DNA of 59,461 nucleotides. Origin: Dicyema japonicum (taxonomy: Eukaryota; Animalia; Dicyemida). The notes beneath the pieces are model-generated. The model ran no database searches. It was not told the origin of the DNA and saw only the letters and a program-made list of their open reading frames with translations. The stretch spans positions 598,874-658,334 of the forward strand of contig RDEW01000012.1 in NCBI GenBank assembly GCA_011109175.1. The letters are read 5' to 3'. The position numbers and the translations under genes are program-made. Shown piece after piece: positions 1 through 11,952 of this stretch. Each line of letters opens with the position of its first letter. Within the stretch, counting starts at the first letter, position 1.

Positions 1-408
1 AAAAAAAGATTACTTCAGAAATGATCAATTTGGTTTTCGCCCAGGACGGTCATGCGGTGATTGCTTATTTCATCTCAACTCCGAGTTATGCAAAGCCAGA
101 GAATCCAAATGTCTTCTGAATTTCATATGTCTCGACATATCAAAATTTGACAGTGTTAACCACAGAGCCATAATCGATCAGTTATCTCGGACGGGGAGCC
201 CAAAGGAACTAGTGAATTGGGTGAAAGTATACCTAGAAGGAAGAAAATCCTATGTTAGATGCGGACGCTATTTTTCAAATATGATATTATTGAAGAGAGG
301 AGTCCCACAAGGATCAATTTTGAGCCCTCTATTGTTTAATGTTCTAATGGCCGGTTTCCCGTCTCCGTCTACACCGAGTACGAGATCTCTGATATACGCA
401 GACGACGT

Positions 409-718
409 GCTACTGTCTAATGTGTCGAGATCGAGCATGATCTCAGAGAGGAGACTCAATGTGTACATGGAAGAGATAAAAGACTGGTGCGGTCTTCATG
501 GGTTAAAACTGTCAGAAGAAAAATCTAGTGCAATGATGTTCCTCGGTCGGAATGGTAAAGGAAGCTACTGTCTGATGTGTCGAGATCGAGCATGATCTCA
601 GAGAGGAGATTCTATATGTACATGGAAGAGATAAAAGACTGGTGCGGTCTTCATGGGTTAAAACTGTCAGAAGAAAAATCTAGTGCAATGATGTTCCTCG
701 GACGGAATGGTAAAGGAA
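409..718. repeat. Tandem duplication, 2 x 155 bp, inside the LINE
   Basis: gctactgtct...ggtaaaggaa at 409-563 repeats at 564-718 with a few substitutions. Confidence 0.95.
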
Positions 719-1115
719 ATCAGAAAGACTCCATATGCGGAATCAACACTGTGAGCTCCCTGAAGTATCGTGGAACAGCTTTTGAGAAATTTGGGAGGAC
801 ATTGTGCGATTTTAAACTCAAAAGGAAGAAAGCCCACCATGCGTTATTGCGTATGAGGAAATTGAGACTCGAAACGGATATGTTTTTATTTATTTTTTCA
901 CGTACGATCATTCCATCACTCCTTTATGGACTGGAAGGATGGTATTACACTGCATACAAAGAGCGTTTTATCTTGCTTCTTGAAAAATCGAGGAGAGCAG
1001 GGATCAAGATTGCCCTACACAAAAGGATCGACGAGAAGCTAGATGAAGATGAAAATTTGCTAGTAATGTCGATAAAAGATGCAGCAAAAAAAGGATAGAA
1101 AACTACCTGAAAAGA

Positions 1116-1339
1116 AATGCCATCATTGACTCGTATGTTGCAGCACAGAATAAACGATAAGAGGGGTCTGAGAGCGCAGAGAAGAGTCCAAGCGTTTGCA
1201 GGACTTGCGGCATGAGGCCAAATAACTAATGCCATCATTGACTCGTATGTTGCAGCACAGAATAAACGATAAGAGGGGTCTGAGAGCGCAGAGAAGAGTC
1301 CAAGCGTTTGCAGGACTTGCGGCATGAGGCCAAATAACT
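1116..1339. repeat. Perfect tandem duplication, 2 x 112 bp
   Basis: aatgccatcattgactc...ggccaaataact at 1116-1227 and 1228-1339. Confidence 0.95.
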
Positions 1340-1399
1340 CCCTCTTTAATTTTTCCTTGCTAATAAAGTTGTTAAAGTTAAAGTTTGCGGCTTTGTGTC

Positions 1400-2658
1400 A
1401 GCTGCGGACAAAAAAGGACAAAAAGTCCTTCACATCAAAGATAAAGAAGGAAAATTCATGGGTAACCCAGAAGAAAAAGCCGAATTGATTGCACGACACT
1501 TTGAAATATTGTTGAGCATAGAAAATGAGGACTTTCTCCCTTTCCAGTGAGACCCGAGGGCACTAAAGAATCCAATCACAGTGGAAGAAGTGAAATCAGC
1601 TCTAAATAAATTGAAGAATAACAAGAGTGCTGGGCCAGACAGCATAAGCCCTGAGCTTTTAAGATATGGGCCAATAAAACTTAGCGAAACAATTGCAAAA
1701 ACCCTAAATGACATCTTTGAAACCAATACCGATCAAGGATTTGGAAATGGATTATTAATACTCATCAAAAACCGAACAAAGCAAAAGGACCAGTAGAAAA
1801 TCTTCGCCCGATCATACTTCTGAACTCGATACGCAAAGTGCTGCCAAACATTGCACTAAGCCGGATAAAGGGTGTGGCGGTTCTATACCTACCAGCAAGT
1901 CAAAGTGGGTTGCGAGAAGGGAGGTCTACGGCGGACATTGTATGGAGCTATAGATGGTACTGTGCAACGCACCAAAGATTCAAGAGCGCAATGACCGTGT
2001 TGGGAATAAATCTCTCCAGAGGTTTTGACTCAATAAACAGACAGAAACTGATGAATGTGTTTGAGTAAATACTGGATGAATCNTGGCGGATCTATACCTA
2101 CCAGCAAGTCAAAGTGGGTTCCGAGAAGGGAGGTCTACGGCAGACATTGTATGGAGCTATAGATGGCGCTGTGCAACGCACCAAAGATTCAAGAGAGCAA
2201 CGACTGTGTTGGGAATAGATCCTTCCAGAGCTTTTGACTCAATAAACAGACAGAAACTGATGAATGTGCTTGAGCAAATATTGGATGAATCGTCGGTTAG
2301 GATAATCCGACTACTACTTGCGAACACAAAACTATCTGTGATGACAGAAGGAGCAACTTCCCACAGTTACAAAACAACGATTGGGACACCACAGGGTAAT
2401 TCCCTCTCCCTTTTACTATTCACCGCATACCTTGAATCTACACTCTGCGATCTCCGTAAATGCTATATAGAAGACATTGACATGTGGATTTCGTATCCGG
2501 GACGCGACCGCAATGCACACCTACTAGAAAATGCACCTGCGGAGTTTGAGAAATGGTTTCTCAGCGTTAATGTAAACAAAACTGAAATAACTGAAATCAA
2601 AATAGATGACGATTTTATTCATGAAAGATGGAGATGTACTAATAAGCTCGGCTCTTAA
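1400..2658 (+). mobile_element. RTE-clade LINE fragment (RT), decayed; related to the 26.5-29.3 kb element
   Basis: KSAGPDSISPELL, SQSGLREGRST, SRAFDSINR and TIGTPQGNSLS motifs; stops and frameshifts. Confidence 0.9.
1875..2291. repeat. Tandem duplication, 2 x 208 bp, separated by an N at 2083
   Basis: tggcgg(t/a)tctatacc...ggatgaatc occurs twice with several substitutions; the N suggests a scaffold or haplotype join. Confidence 0.85.
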
Positions 2659-2659
2659 C

Positions 2660-2935
2660 ACAAATACAATCCCTGAAATATGGAAGAAGTCTCTAATCAA
2701 ACCTATTCGAAAACTCAACAAAACAATAAATGAACAATCTCCATACACTATCGAAATATCTACAACTATACAGAAATTTTGAGCCAATGCCATGTCCAAT
2801 GAGAAGAGCTGTTCAGGATTCTCGACCCCGCCGGACTCGTCTCTCCTTTGTCGGTCTGGGATCACTTAGTTAGATGGGAACTTTTATTTCTTTCTCTTTG
2901 ACCCAGTGATCCTGGGGGTAATAATAATAATAATA
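2660..2935 (+). mobile_element. Mosaic of short LINE fragments (I/Jockey-like) ending in (TAA)n
   Basis: IPEIWKKSLIKPIRK resembles the RT N-terminus; ctgggatcacttagttag resembles the LINE ends at ~15157 and ~29496-29515 (reverse). Confidence 0.45.
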
Positions 2936-3017
2936 TAAATTTCTTGGTAAAATAAAACATATAAATTTTGAATTGGAGAACCAAATTATTATTAATTTTA
3001 AAGTTTTCCGGTAAATA

Positions 3018-3934
3018 ATGTCAATGTTATCACGTATACGTTGTAAAAAGTAATTTTTTTGATCATTAAGATTTGTGAATATTCCAGTAATTTTAATCAT
3101 ATTCTTTGTTATCTTTTATTTGTTAAATAATACAAAGAATTACCAAGTCGAATTAGACGAACGCAACCAGACTATTTTTTGCATGGTTTTGACTTGTTTG
3201 CCCTACTATGAAACACGCGGAGTATCTGTTTCAAAAACATGGGGAAAGAGATGCGACAAACTTTTATTTTTTGTTGGAAGACCAGGCCTAATGGCAGAGA
3301 ATGTGGTTTCATTGAATGTCGAAGATGACTACTATCATCTACCTTCTAAGACATTTGCCGCATTGAAATACATTGAAGAACATTTTTCCGGCCAATTTGA
3401 CTGGGTCGTGAAGGCCGATGATGACACATACATTATTATGGAGAATCTGAGATATTTTTTAAAATTATACGATCCAACTAATTTGATCAGCTTTGGATAT
3501 AAAATTTACAACCATATTCCGAATGGATATTTTAGCGGAGGGGCTTCATATGTTCTGAGTAAAACAACCGTTAAAAAAGTTGTTTCGGCTTTTCTAGATG
3601 GAGTATTTATTTTATCGATTTTAGGTTCCTCACTGTTTTGCGATCTTTGGAGCTGAGGATGTTATTATTGGACAATGCCTAAATTACCTAAATGTTGTCA
3701 TGGAATCTCATCCTTCGAAATTTTTACCATTTCATTATGATGATATTATTTATAATGAAGCTCTACTTATGTTTGTAACAAACCAGGACCTTCATACTTT
3801 TATAGTTTGACATAGCCTTTGATTTTTAGGAACTTTTTAATCTTCATAGAAACCTAATTTCTCTCCATTATATGGATCCTTATGGTATGGAAGTCGCTGA
3901 CTTTTTTATTTATAATATATCGCTCCGATTATAG
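3018..3934 (+). CDS. C1GALT1: Core 1 beta-1,3-galactosyltransferase-like (GT31/Fringe-like), 4 exons
   Basis: TM anchor; TWGKRCDKLLF, LPSKT, DWVVKADDDTY, YFSGGASYVLS and AEDVIIGQC motifs. Introns of 21 nt (3050-3070), 22 nt and 25 nt give one continuous frame. Confidence 0.9.
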
Positions 3935-4633
3935 TGTTTCGCTTCATTTACGATGTTTCGCTAATGAATGTTATTTGTTATTAAAAATTATTTTGTTTAC
4001 TCTTTATTAGTTAAGTGTCCTATTCCCTGTTTTCTGAATTGAAAATACGTCGCTAACTACTATATAGCTCATTAATATTCTATTCTAATTTTACTATCCG
4101 GGTTTTAACATTCTATGGTTAAGTGAATCAACCGTCATATTTTAAAATATGCAAAAAGACTATAAAAATCGATTTTATCTTAATTAAATAAAGTGTTATT
4201 CCAAAACTAGCATAAAGAAAAAAATAACTAAGTGATTCTGACAATTTTACAGGTTCTCAACGTAGTTCGATGGTTTCTTTTGATCCTACATAAGAGCTCT
4301 GATGGTCTCCTGATCACGTTGGGTAAGGCATCTTTCGTTATTTTTTCGGCTTAGGATCTTCATGGAAATCAATGTCACGTTTCTTTTGTCAGTAGACCAA
4401 TTTTCGTCGTCCCTAAAGCTATTTTAATGTAGTCGTGATTTTTGTAAATCCGTCCTATAGATCAAAGGTCCTTGAGATGCATACATAGGAATTGGATTGC
4501 TCAATATATTGAGAGTGAAGCGTTTTTATTGTTGGATGATTTCCGATAATTTAATAACTTTTTTTTCTCAAATTTCTTAAGGGGTAAATTTTTTCTTTGG
4601 GATAAATCCATAATTTTTTTTTCACTCTAAAAC

Positions 4634-5508
4634 TTTTTTTTTTTTAAACATAAAAATTTAAACAATGAAGTCAGGTAGTTGCCGCCCTCACCGCGTGGCT
4701 GTTCCCTCTCAAAATTGCGAGCGAAATTCGCTCAAATAGCCAGCGGCGTTCGCGGAGATCTCCAGTGCATGAGGTGATCCGGTTTCCAAGACGTCCGAAA
4801 AACTCGAGTGTAGAGGGGGAGTAGGATCCGGAAGTCTCCATAGCAAGGGGAACAAATTTGACATCATCGGGAAGGTCGACGTATTTAACGAGTTTGGCCT
4901 TCTCCGCCTTTACGGATGCTGAACAGGCCCTTGTAGCACTCTCGTGAAGATTTTTCTGGGCGAACGTGTCTGTACATGTCACATCCCAAACCAGTGGTTT
5001 CCCGGCCTCAAATGGAAATATGGTCATCCCGTCCGGTCGTTTCCCGTCACTTCTGCATAACCCGACCGGTTCAAGAATGGCCGAGTATCCAGCAGCATCC
5101 ATAGCTCGCCTGACAATTTCATTCAGAGCCTTGTGCCTTGGGGATCTGCCAGCGCTCCTCCTGCAGGCGAGAGGGTGCAGGCCATAGCAGTCTATCAGGA
5201 TGCCACATCGGCACGGGTGAGGTACACATACTTTTAGTCCCAGCCGCAGAGAGATACCAGTTCTAACGCATTCATCATCCAGAAAAGTGCCCAAAGCTCC
5301 ATTGGGGATGGCGTTTAGCCAAGCTCCGCTCTCAGGGGAAGCCCCCGAAAGCAAACAAGCGCGTCGGTGCTGATTGGCAGATTCTAGTAGGAGTCCAAAT
5401 GATTTCCAGCATAATAAGTTGTCCAGGTTTCGCTGGCGATCTTGGGAAGGAGGCAGGGGGAGGTTGGTGGCATTCCAGGCTTCTCGTGCGCATGTACAAC
5501 ACCACAAG
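4634..5508 (-). mobile_element. CRE-type (restriction-like endonuclease) non-LTR retrotransposon, 5'-truncated and young
   Basis: Intact 278-aa ORF with SGAWLNAIP, a CxCG..H..C..RH zinc motif and GKRPDG...WDVTCTDT endonuclease; poly(A) tail at 4634-4645. Confidence 0.9.
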
Positions 5509-5984
5509 AAAAATATATATTTTTTTCATATTGACAAATTAAGAAATAAGTGTGTATGTAAGTTAATATTTTGCGCTATTGAAATAATTTTACGTCATGA
5601 TGGTGAAAAATATTCTGTTGTTTTTAATTTTGTTGAATTTTTCAAAAAAATTTGTCACTGGTAGGACAAAAGGTTTTCTATATTAAAAATTTTTAGAAAA
5701 TGCTAAATTTTCATATCCATCTAGTGAAAAAAAAATTTTTTGTAGATGCGAAATTGAAACAACTTTAGTTTTATTGAGAGATTTGCTAAAAGAATGTTCA
5801 AATTTTTGATTATTTATTTCCTTGATAATTTATTTGCTTGTTTTGATTTTTCATTTTTCTTTTATTAAATTACCAGCTGTGCATTTTGCTTCGCTTACTG
5901 ACAACTATACTTTTATTTTTTCATTATTAAGGCAATTTTTCTGACAACTAAAATTTCTAAAAATGGCACTAAAAATATCATTTA

Positions 5985-8690
5985 TTATTAATAGCAATGT
6001 CCACGGAACCAAAAAAGTTAATTAATTTGAGGTTCCACTTTTGCCATGCATCTCAGGATACGCGCTGTAAGTCTTTTCCATTTTCCCCTGTTTCTCGCAA
6101 CCGCCCTCAGATCATCCAAATCCTCTTCCGATTTCAGTTTCTTTCCTATGCACATGAGTTCTTTGTCGAGCGTCGACGGCAACGTTGTTCTTTGTCGGCC
6201 TCAATACGTTGTTTGCTTAATATAGAGAAGTATGATTCCATGGCCTGATTGGCCGATGCCATTTCCGAAGCTCTTAAGACATGTCCAAAGAGCTTCCATT
6301 TCGCCTAAGTCACTTTATTTAAATCTGTGATGTTTAAGAGATTCTGTAGAGCTTGTCGTTGGTCATCCGTTTTTGCCAGTAGATACCCAGGAAAAGTCGT
6401 AGTTATTTTCTGTGGAAAGAGTTTAGCTTCTCCAGTTCTTTGGTGGTTAGGCCACAGATCCCCGCGTTGTAAACAGAATTGGTTCGATAAAGGAGTTGTA
6501 CAACCGAATTCGAAGGCGAGTGCCAATGTACTTTCGCCGCATCCAGATCGCCCACAATTTTTGAAAGAGGTAACAGACAGCACTTTCTGTGAATAACGTT
6601 CTCCGAGTCCCCGAGAAGAGATCCAACTTTCTTGCATGTTCTCTACTTTTCCTCGTTTCGGGTCGTGCAACGGGATATGCTAGTTCTTTCCGTTTTTCCT
6701 GAGTTTACTACCAGGGACCAGTACTCCAACCCTTGAGGGATCACTTTTAGAATAGTTTCCAGCGTATCTCTATCCCGGCAGACGAAATCAATATCGTCGG
6801 CGTAGATTACTTCTATCACGTTATTGAAAAATTCTTTTCCCGGAGAAGTCTTAGAGCTGTTTCCAGGTATATTATGAATAGGACCGGGGATAAAGAGTCT
6901 CCCTGTGGTGCACCGGTGTCAGTTTCCAGTACGTGCATTAGAAATTTGTGGTTGATAGTGTCGAAAGCACGAGATAGGTCAATTCTATGGATTGAGATTT
7001 TTTTGTGCTTCGGGCACATTGCACATATTCATCTGTGGCTCCATAAAACGTCTGCCGTCGACAGTCCAGGTCTGAATACACTTTAACTTGGGTTCAGGAA
7101 CTCAAAACAATCAAGAGTATTTTCCTTATCAGATTCATTAGTGTAATCGAGCGTAGACTGTTTAAAATTCCTCTTTCCTTTCCAAAATTCTGAATTGGGA
7201 TCAAGGTACCATTCCCCGCATCAAATGGACTATGAACGTCCTGTTCAGGACTGTGCAGATTAACTCAGCCACTCTGTCTGGCGCGTATTTCAATAATTCT
7301 GCACTCACGTCCAGGTGCACTGCCATTCTTGAGCTTACCCAAGGCTGAAACGACTTTGTAATGCCTAATGTTTTGGTTTAGGTCTCTGGGAATTCCTTCG
7401 AACGGTTCCAAGTGTTCATTGAGATTTAGTCATTTTTGTAGAAAGCGGCAATTTCATTTGCTGATTCCTGGCAGTTGATTATTACTTTTCTTGTATCATC
7501 GAAAACTACGATTATTTCCGGTCTGGTATTGCGGTATAATTGTTAACCGCAGCAAACATTCTTGCACCATGTTTGTATCGTTTAGCGTCTTTTGCCAAGT
7601 TATCCAGTGTTTCCGGGATAGTTCCCTCACTCTTCTCTTTATTTTTATTTGATTCTGTTACGTTCTCTTTTAAGAGAGTTGGTGAAGCTTTCGAGTTTGA
7701 CGAATCAATTAAGAGTCGGAATTTTTATTGGTTTTTTTTTTGTCAAAAGTTCCCTTGAATCTCTTGGACGATTTCCTAGTACCATCCCAGCAGCCTGCCT
7801 GACTTTGATCGAAATATTCTTCCATGGCAGCCCGAGTGACATATTTGTGTCGACATTTTCCAGCAGTTTCGATATTTTCTAGCCGTACTTTTTACGAGTA
7901 TTGTTGGAAACACAGCCAAGGTCCTGCTCCGAACAGGGCTACCAGTACTCCGGAGATTCCAAAGCGTCGATTTAGATTAATACGTGCTACTACTAGTCTG
8001 TGATCACTCGAGGTTATCATGCCACTGTACGTACGGTAGTCCGTGAGTATCCCTTTCTGCGTTTGCCTGCATAGTATGTAGTCGATTTGGTTAAATATAT
8101 TGACGTGATTTCCACAGGAATCTCTCCTCTGCCTTGTCCACGTCGTAACATGTCGCGCTGCATTGTCGGAACGCCTTGTTACAAAGGAACAGTCTAAATA
8201 ACTCGCAGAAGTGTATAAGAGTCTCCCCGGACAGATTTCTGATCCCTCTAGCGTGGCTGCCCAAGCAATTTGATTCGTACCGCTTTTTCCCCATTTTGGA
8301 ATTCCAATCTCCCGATATAAAGAGCATGTAGGAGCTGAACAGGGAGGATTAAGCTGATGATAAGGACGAGTAGAAATTGTCAAGTTCCTCTGTGTTGGTG
8401 GATACCCTCACTGTGGTCGGTGCATATACATTGATAATCGATAAGATAGTATTACGGTTATTTCCGAGACGTAGTTGGAGGATGGCAATCCTGTCGTTGA
8501 TACTTCATGTTCTATAAGCCACCACAGCTTCGTCCACGCGTATAGCGACCCCATCCAGTAATGTTGGCAGTCTGACGGCAATAGAAGTCGATACCCATTC
8601 ATTGTTTCATCCAGGCTATTGGAGACTTTAGTCTCCTGGAGACAGCATACAGATTTTCCGTATCATTGGAGGTCCGCACATAAGTGTTGT
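5985..8690 (-). mobile_element. RTE-clade LINE (APE plus RT), decayed; 5' part continues at 10434-10480
   Basis: LQETK, INVYAP, GDWNSKMG and NQIDY (APE); DLSRAFD and PQGDSLSP (RT); WKLFGHVLR at the C-terminus. Confidence 0.9.
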
Positions 8691-8699
8691 CTTTTTACG

Positions 8700-10424
8700 G
8701 TTCCCATTCTAAATGGCCTCTTTCAAAATGGCCTCCATTCAAATGGCCTCCAATTAAATTTCTCGGGTTTTGGATAAGTTCATCAATAGACATCACGAGA
8801 TATTTTACCAAGGTCCTCGACATCTTTAGGTAAAAAAGTCATCTTTTTAAATCTTATAAAAATTGATTTTACCAAGGTCCTCGACATCTTTAGGTAAAAA
8901 AAGTCATCTTTTTAAATCTTATAAAAATTGATTTTAACAGGTCCTATGGGTAAGTGGAACAATTTACCAAGGTCCTCGACATCTTTAGGTGAAAAAGTCA
9001 TCTTTTTGAAATCTTATAAAAATTGATTTTAACAGGTCCTATGGGTAAGTGGAACATTTTACCAAGGTCCTCGACATCTTTAGGTAAAAAAGTCATCTTT
9101 TTTAATATTTTTATATAAGTTTAAAATGAAATATTTATTTCAAAAGAAAAAAAAGGAAAATGATTATATAAATGTTAATAGAACACATATTCTACTAAAT
9201 TGAATATATAGTCTGTCGGATCCATATTAAGTAATATTTGTTCTTGAACAAATCTCAATATTCTCAGATAAAGCGATATATTTAGTTTTTCTAAGAATTT
9301 TTTCTCCATTTTGTAATCTTAAGAATTTAATCATTATGCCTTCTTCTTTTATCAATTTCTTTACAAAATTTCTTGGCGTCTTGTTTAGTGTCCCCAATGT
9401 CACTTCTTAAAAAACGTTGTGCCAGCCTTCAATGGAGTTATTGTCCGAGGTAAGTCCTCATATAGATTATCCAGATTATTCCAATAATTAATTGGAAATC
9501 TTGGAATTAATCCATTTTCTTGATTTCCAATATAATTGATCAAAAAATATTGATATAATAGATTTAGAATCGCAGGAAAATCTGATCTCGACACTATCCA
9601 ATCAAAAGTGTTCTTTACAGTATGTGTAAGAATAAGGGAGAGGCATTTCAACAGTCTTACAAATCTATCGGTAATTTTAAATCACATTTAACCTATTTAC
9701 ATCTTCATTATTTATGTCGTTGAAAATTCCTTATTCCAATATTTTTATTAATATTTTGTCCTAGATGGAACATGAAGCAATTTATCCGTCCGTTTGGAAA
9801 TGATTTTGAAAAGAGTTTATTGCACTTTTTTCAAAATCTGAGACAATAACTCTTGGTTCTAAATCCGGAATGAGACGTTTAATTATTTGAAGCATTGTGT
9901 CATATTCATTTTCAGTTTTGATGTTAAAAGACAGAAAATTATTGGAATTACATGGTGATTAATTATTACCGATATTGTGAATAATTGCTTCCAAGGAAGA
10001 GGGCAGACAGAAAAAGTCCCATCAATAGACCATATTTTTATGATTTTTTAATAATGTCGTCATTTCAGAGATGACTTTTTCACCTAAAGATGTCGAGGAC
10101 CTTGGTAAATTGTTCCACTTACCCATAGGACCTGTTAAAATCAATTTGTATAAGATTTAAAAAGATGACTTTTTACCTAAAGAAGTCGTGGACATGCTAA
10201 AATGTTCCACTTACCCATAGGACCCCTTAAAATCAATTTTTATAAGATTTAAAAAAGATGACTTTTTTACCTAAAGATGTCGTTTCGCTAAAATCTCGTG
10301 ATGTTTATTGATGAACTTATCCAAAACCTGAAAAAATTAATTGGAGGCCATTTTGAATGGAGGCCATTTTGAATGAGGCCATTTTGAATGGGCCATTTTG
10401 AAGAGGCCATTTTGAATGGACACG
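8700..10424. mobile_element. Mutator/MULE (Phantom- or foldback-like) DNA transposon with long, internally repeated TIRs
   Basis: 9-bp TSD ctttttacg at 8691-8699 and 10425-10433. Inverted arms at about 8700-9095 and 10065-10424 are built from aaatggcctc units plus 64/95-bp subrepeats. Confidence 0.93.
9200..10045 (-). pseudogene. MULE DDE transposase remnant
   Basis: IDGTFSVCP, VIPIIFCLL and IVSDFEKSAINSF; RT(N)NSIEGWHN after a 1-bp shift; stops present and N-terminus missing. Confidence 0.85.
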
Positions 10425-10676
10425 CTTTTTACGTATGATCATATCATGAATGATCCAATAGAGAACAGGGAAGATCGATTGCATGAAGAAGATATCTTGT
10501 GCAAGAGAGGCACGTCACCACCGCAAGTCACATATAACAAGTTAAATTTTATTAAAATCGATATTTCTCAAAGCAATTTTTTAAAAACAAATTCTGAATA
10601 GTAAAATTACTCCAAATGCGATTTATTTATTAACGGCTTACAATTTTTATCAGTACAAACATTTATAAAAATTAAT

Positions 10677-10892
10677 TCATGGAAGGAATAAAGGGCGAAC
10701 GTCTTCTTGTGTCGACTAATTCCGCCCCCAATAATCCATTATAGCTGACATGGTCTATAACATGTCTATTAGTGCTGATGTATTCATTGCCTCAGATGGC
10801 CGTAAAGTGAGCTGCTGCTAGCTCAAGGAAGGAATCCAAGAAATAACGTTTGCTTGTGCCGACTAATTCCATCCCACAATAGTCCATTATAG
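10677..10892. repeat. Two ~68-bp degenerate direct repeats (LINE APE remnant) flanking an 82-bp mex-3-derived fragment
   Basis: Repeats at 10677-10744 and 10823-10892; 10745-10826 matches 12565-12646 at 70/82 without gaps (hand count). Confidence 0.85.
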
Positions 10893-10970
10893 ACTTTCAC
10901 TTCCGAAGAACAATTCAGTGATGAATAAAGACGGCGTCACTCGTCAATCCAGAAGCATTGTAGATGCGTT

Positions 10971-11329
10971 AATTAATTTATTAACCTCGGATTCACAAAG
11001 AAAGAAGTTACAGTAAACTACTGATTAAGTGTATCCATTTTCCACTGTTACAGAAACAGTATCCTTCAACGTCACACAAGTCCACCCAGAACCAGCATAA
11101 AATTTAAAATACATACATTCCTTGCAGTCGTGGAATCCCTTCCAGTGGAGTGGTGGAGAGCAAATGATTCTTTCATACCAGTCTGGCACTGTGCGCTACC
11201 TGAGACAAGTGGATCACATGACTCCAATGTAGTAGAAAAGGGAAGAAAAGGAACAGACAAAGCAAACAAAAATATTCAACAAATTAGTCACATAGCACCA
11301 CATGGCGCCACTCGGCGAAGCTATCATCT
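10971..11329 (-). mobile_element. SINE-like family B, copy 1
   Basis: Homologous to 18285-18522 and 50841-51181; TSD tagatgYgtt at 10961-10970 and 11330-11339. Confidence 0.85.
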
Positions 11330-11952
11330 TAGATGTGTTGAACCTTTATGTGAAAATTGTATTTTAGTAGTTTTTCCAAAATTAAGTTTCTAAAATAGTA
11401 ACCATTGAACGTATTCTCTCTTATGATTTGTGTGGTAATGCACTCAATCAGATATTTCTCTTTTTTGTCCTTTCTAAAGTAGATTTGTTAATTAGATATT
11501 AATTTTATCAAACAATCTTTAATAATATTTTGATAAATTTAATCAATTTTCATAATCAAGTAGAGTGCTTTCCTTAACTACCGCCATGGAAACCATCTAA
11601 AATTGTCATTTAGCCTCCTGATTATAGAAATCTTAATAGATGGAGCAAAGTCTTATAGCTCCAAAAATACACATTTTTGACTTTAGACCGCAAGACTTAA
11701 AACTAAGAGATTGTATTTAAGACATTCTGCTTATATGTAGCTAAAGTATGAGAAAGATTGATTCTAAGACATTATACTATGGAAATCAGTTGAAAAGAAT
11801 AAAATCTTGAATATAACGATTTAACTGTATATATAAATTGGAAACATGTCGATACATGGACATTATTAACAATAAATTGTCTCAAAAACTAATCAATACT
11901 CATTAAAATAAATTTATTATGCAGAAAATGAAATGTTTATTTCCTTGTAAAA

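Larger units (their letters stand above)
1..1395 (+). mobile_element. Decayed non-LTR retrotransposon (LINE, I/Jockey/CR1 group): RT and C-terminal region
   Basis: RT motifs GVPQGSILSPLLFN and LIYADD in ORF 212-595; C-terminal IIPSLLYGLEGW in ORF 577-1098; ends in an (AAAGTT)-like tail near 1365-1386. Confidence 0.85.

Noticed and set aside
4200-4620. Possible gene disrupted by the CRE insertion
   Set aside because: Short protein-like frames on the minus strand could not be joined or assigned to a family.
8803-9095. CRISPR-like repeat array
   Set aside because: The intervening sequences are themselves repeated, the block is mirrored at 10065-10285, it sits inside a TSD-bounded MULE, the host is eukaryotic, and no cas genes are present.
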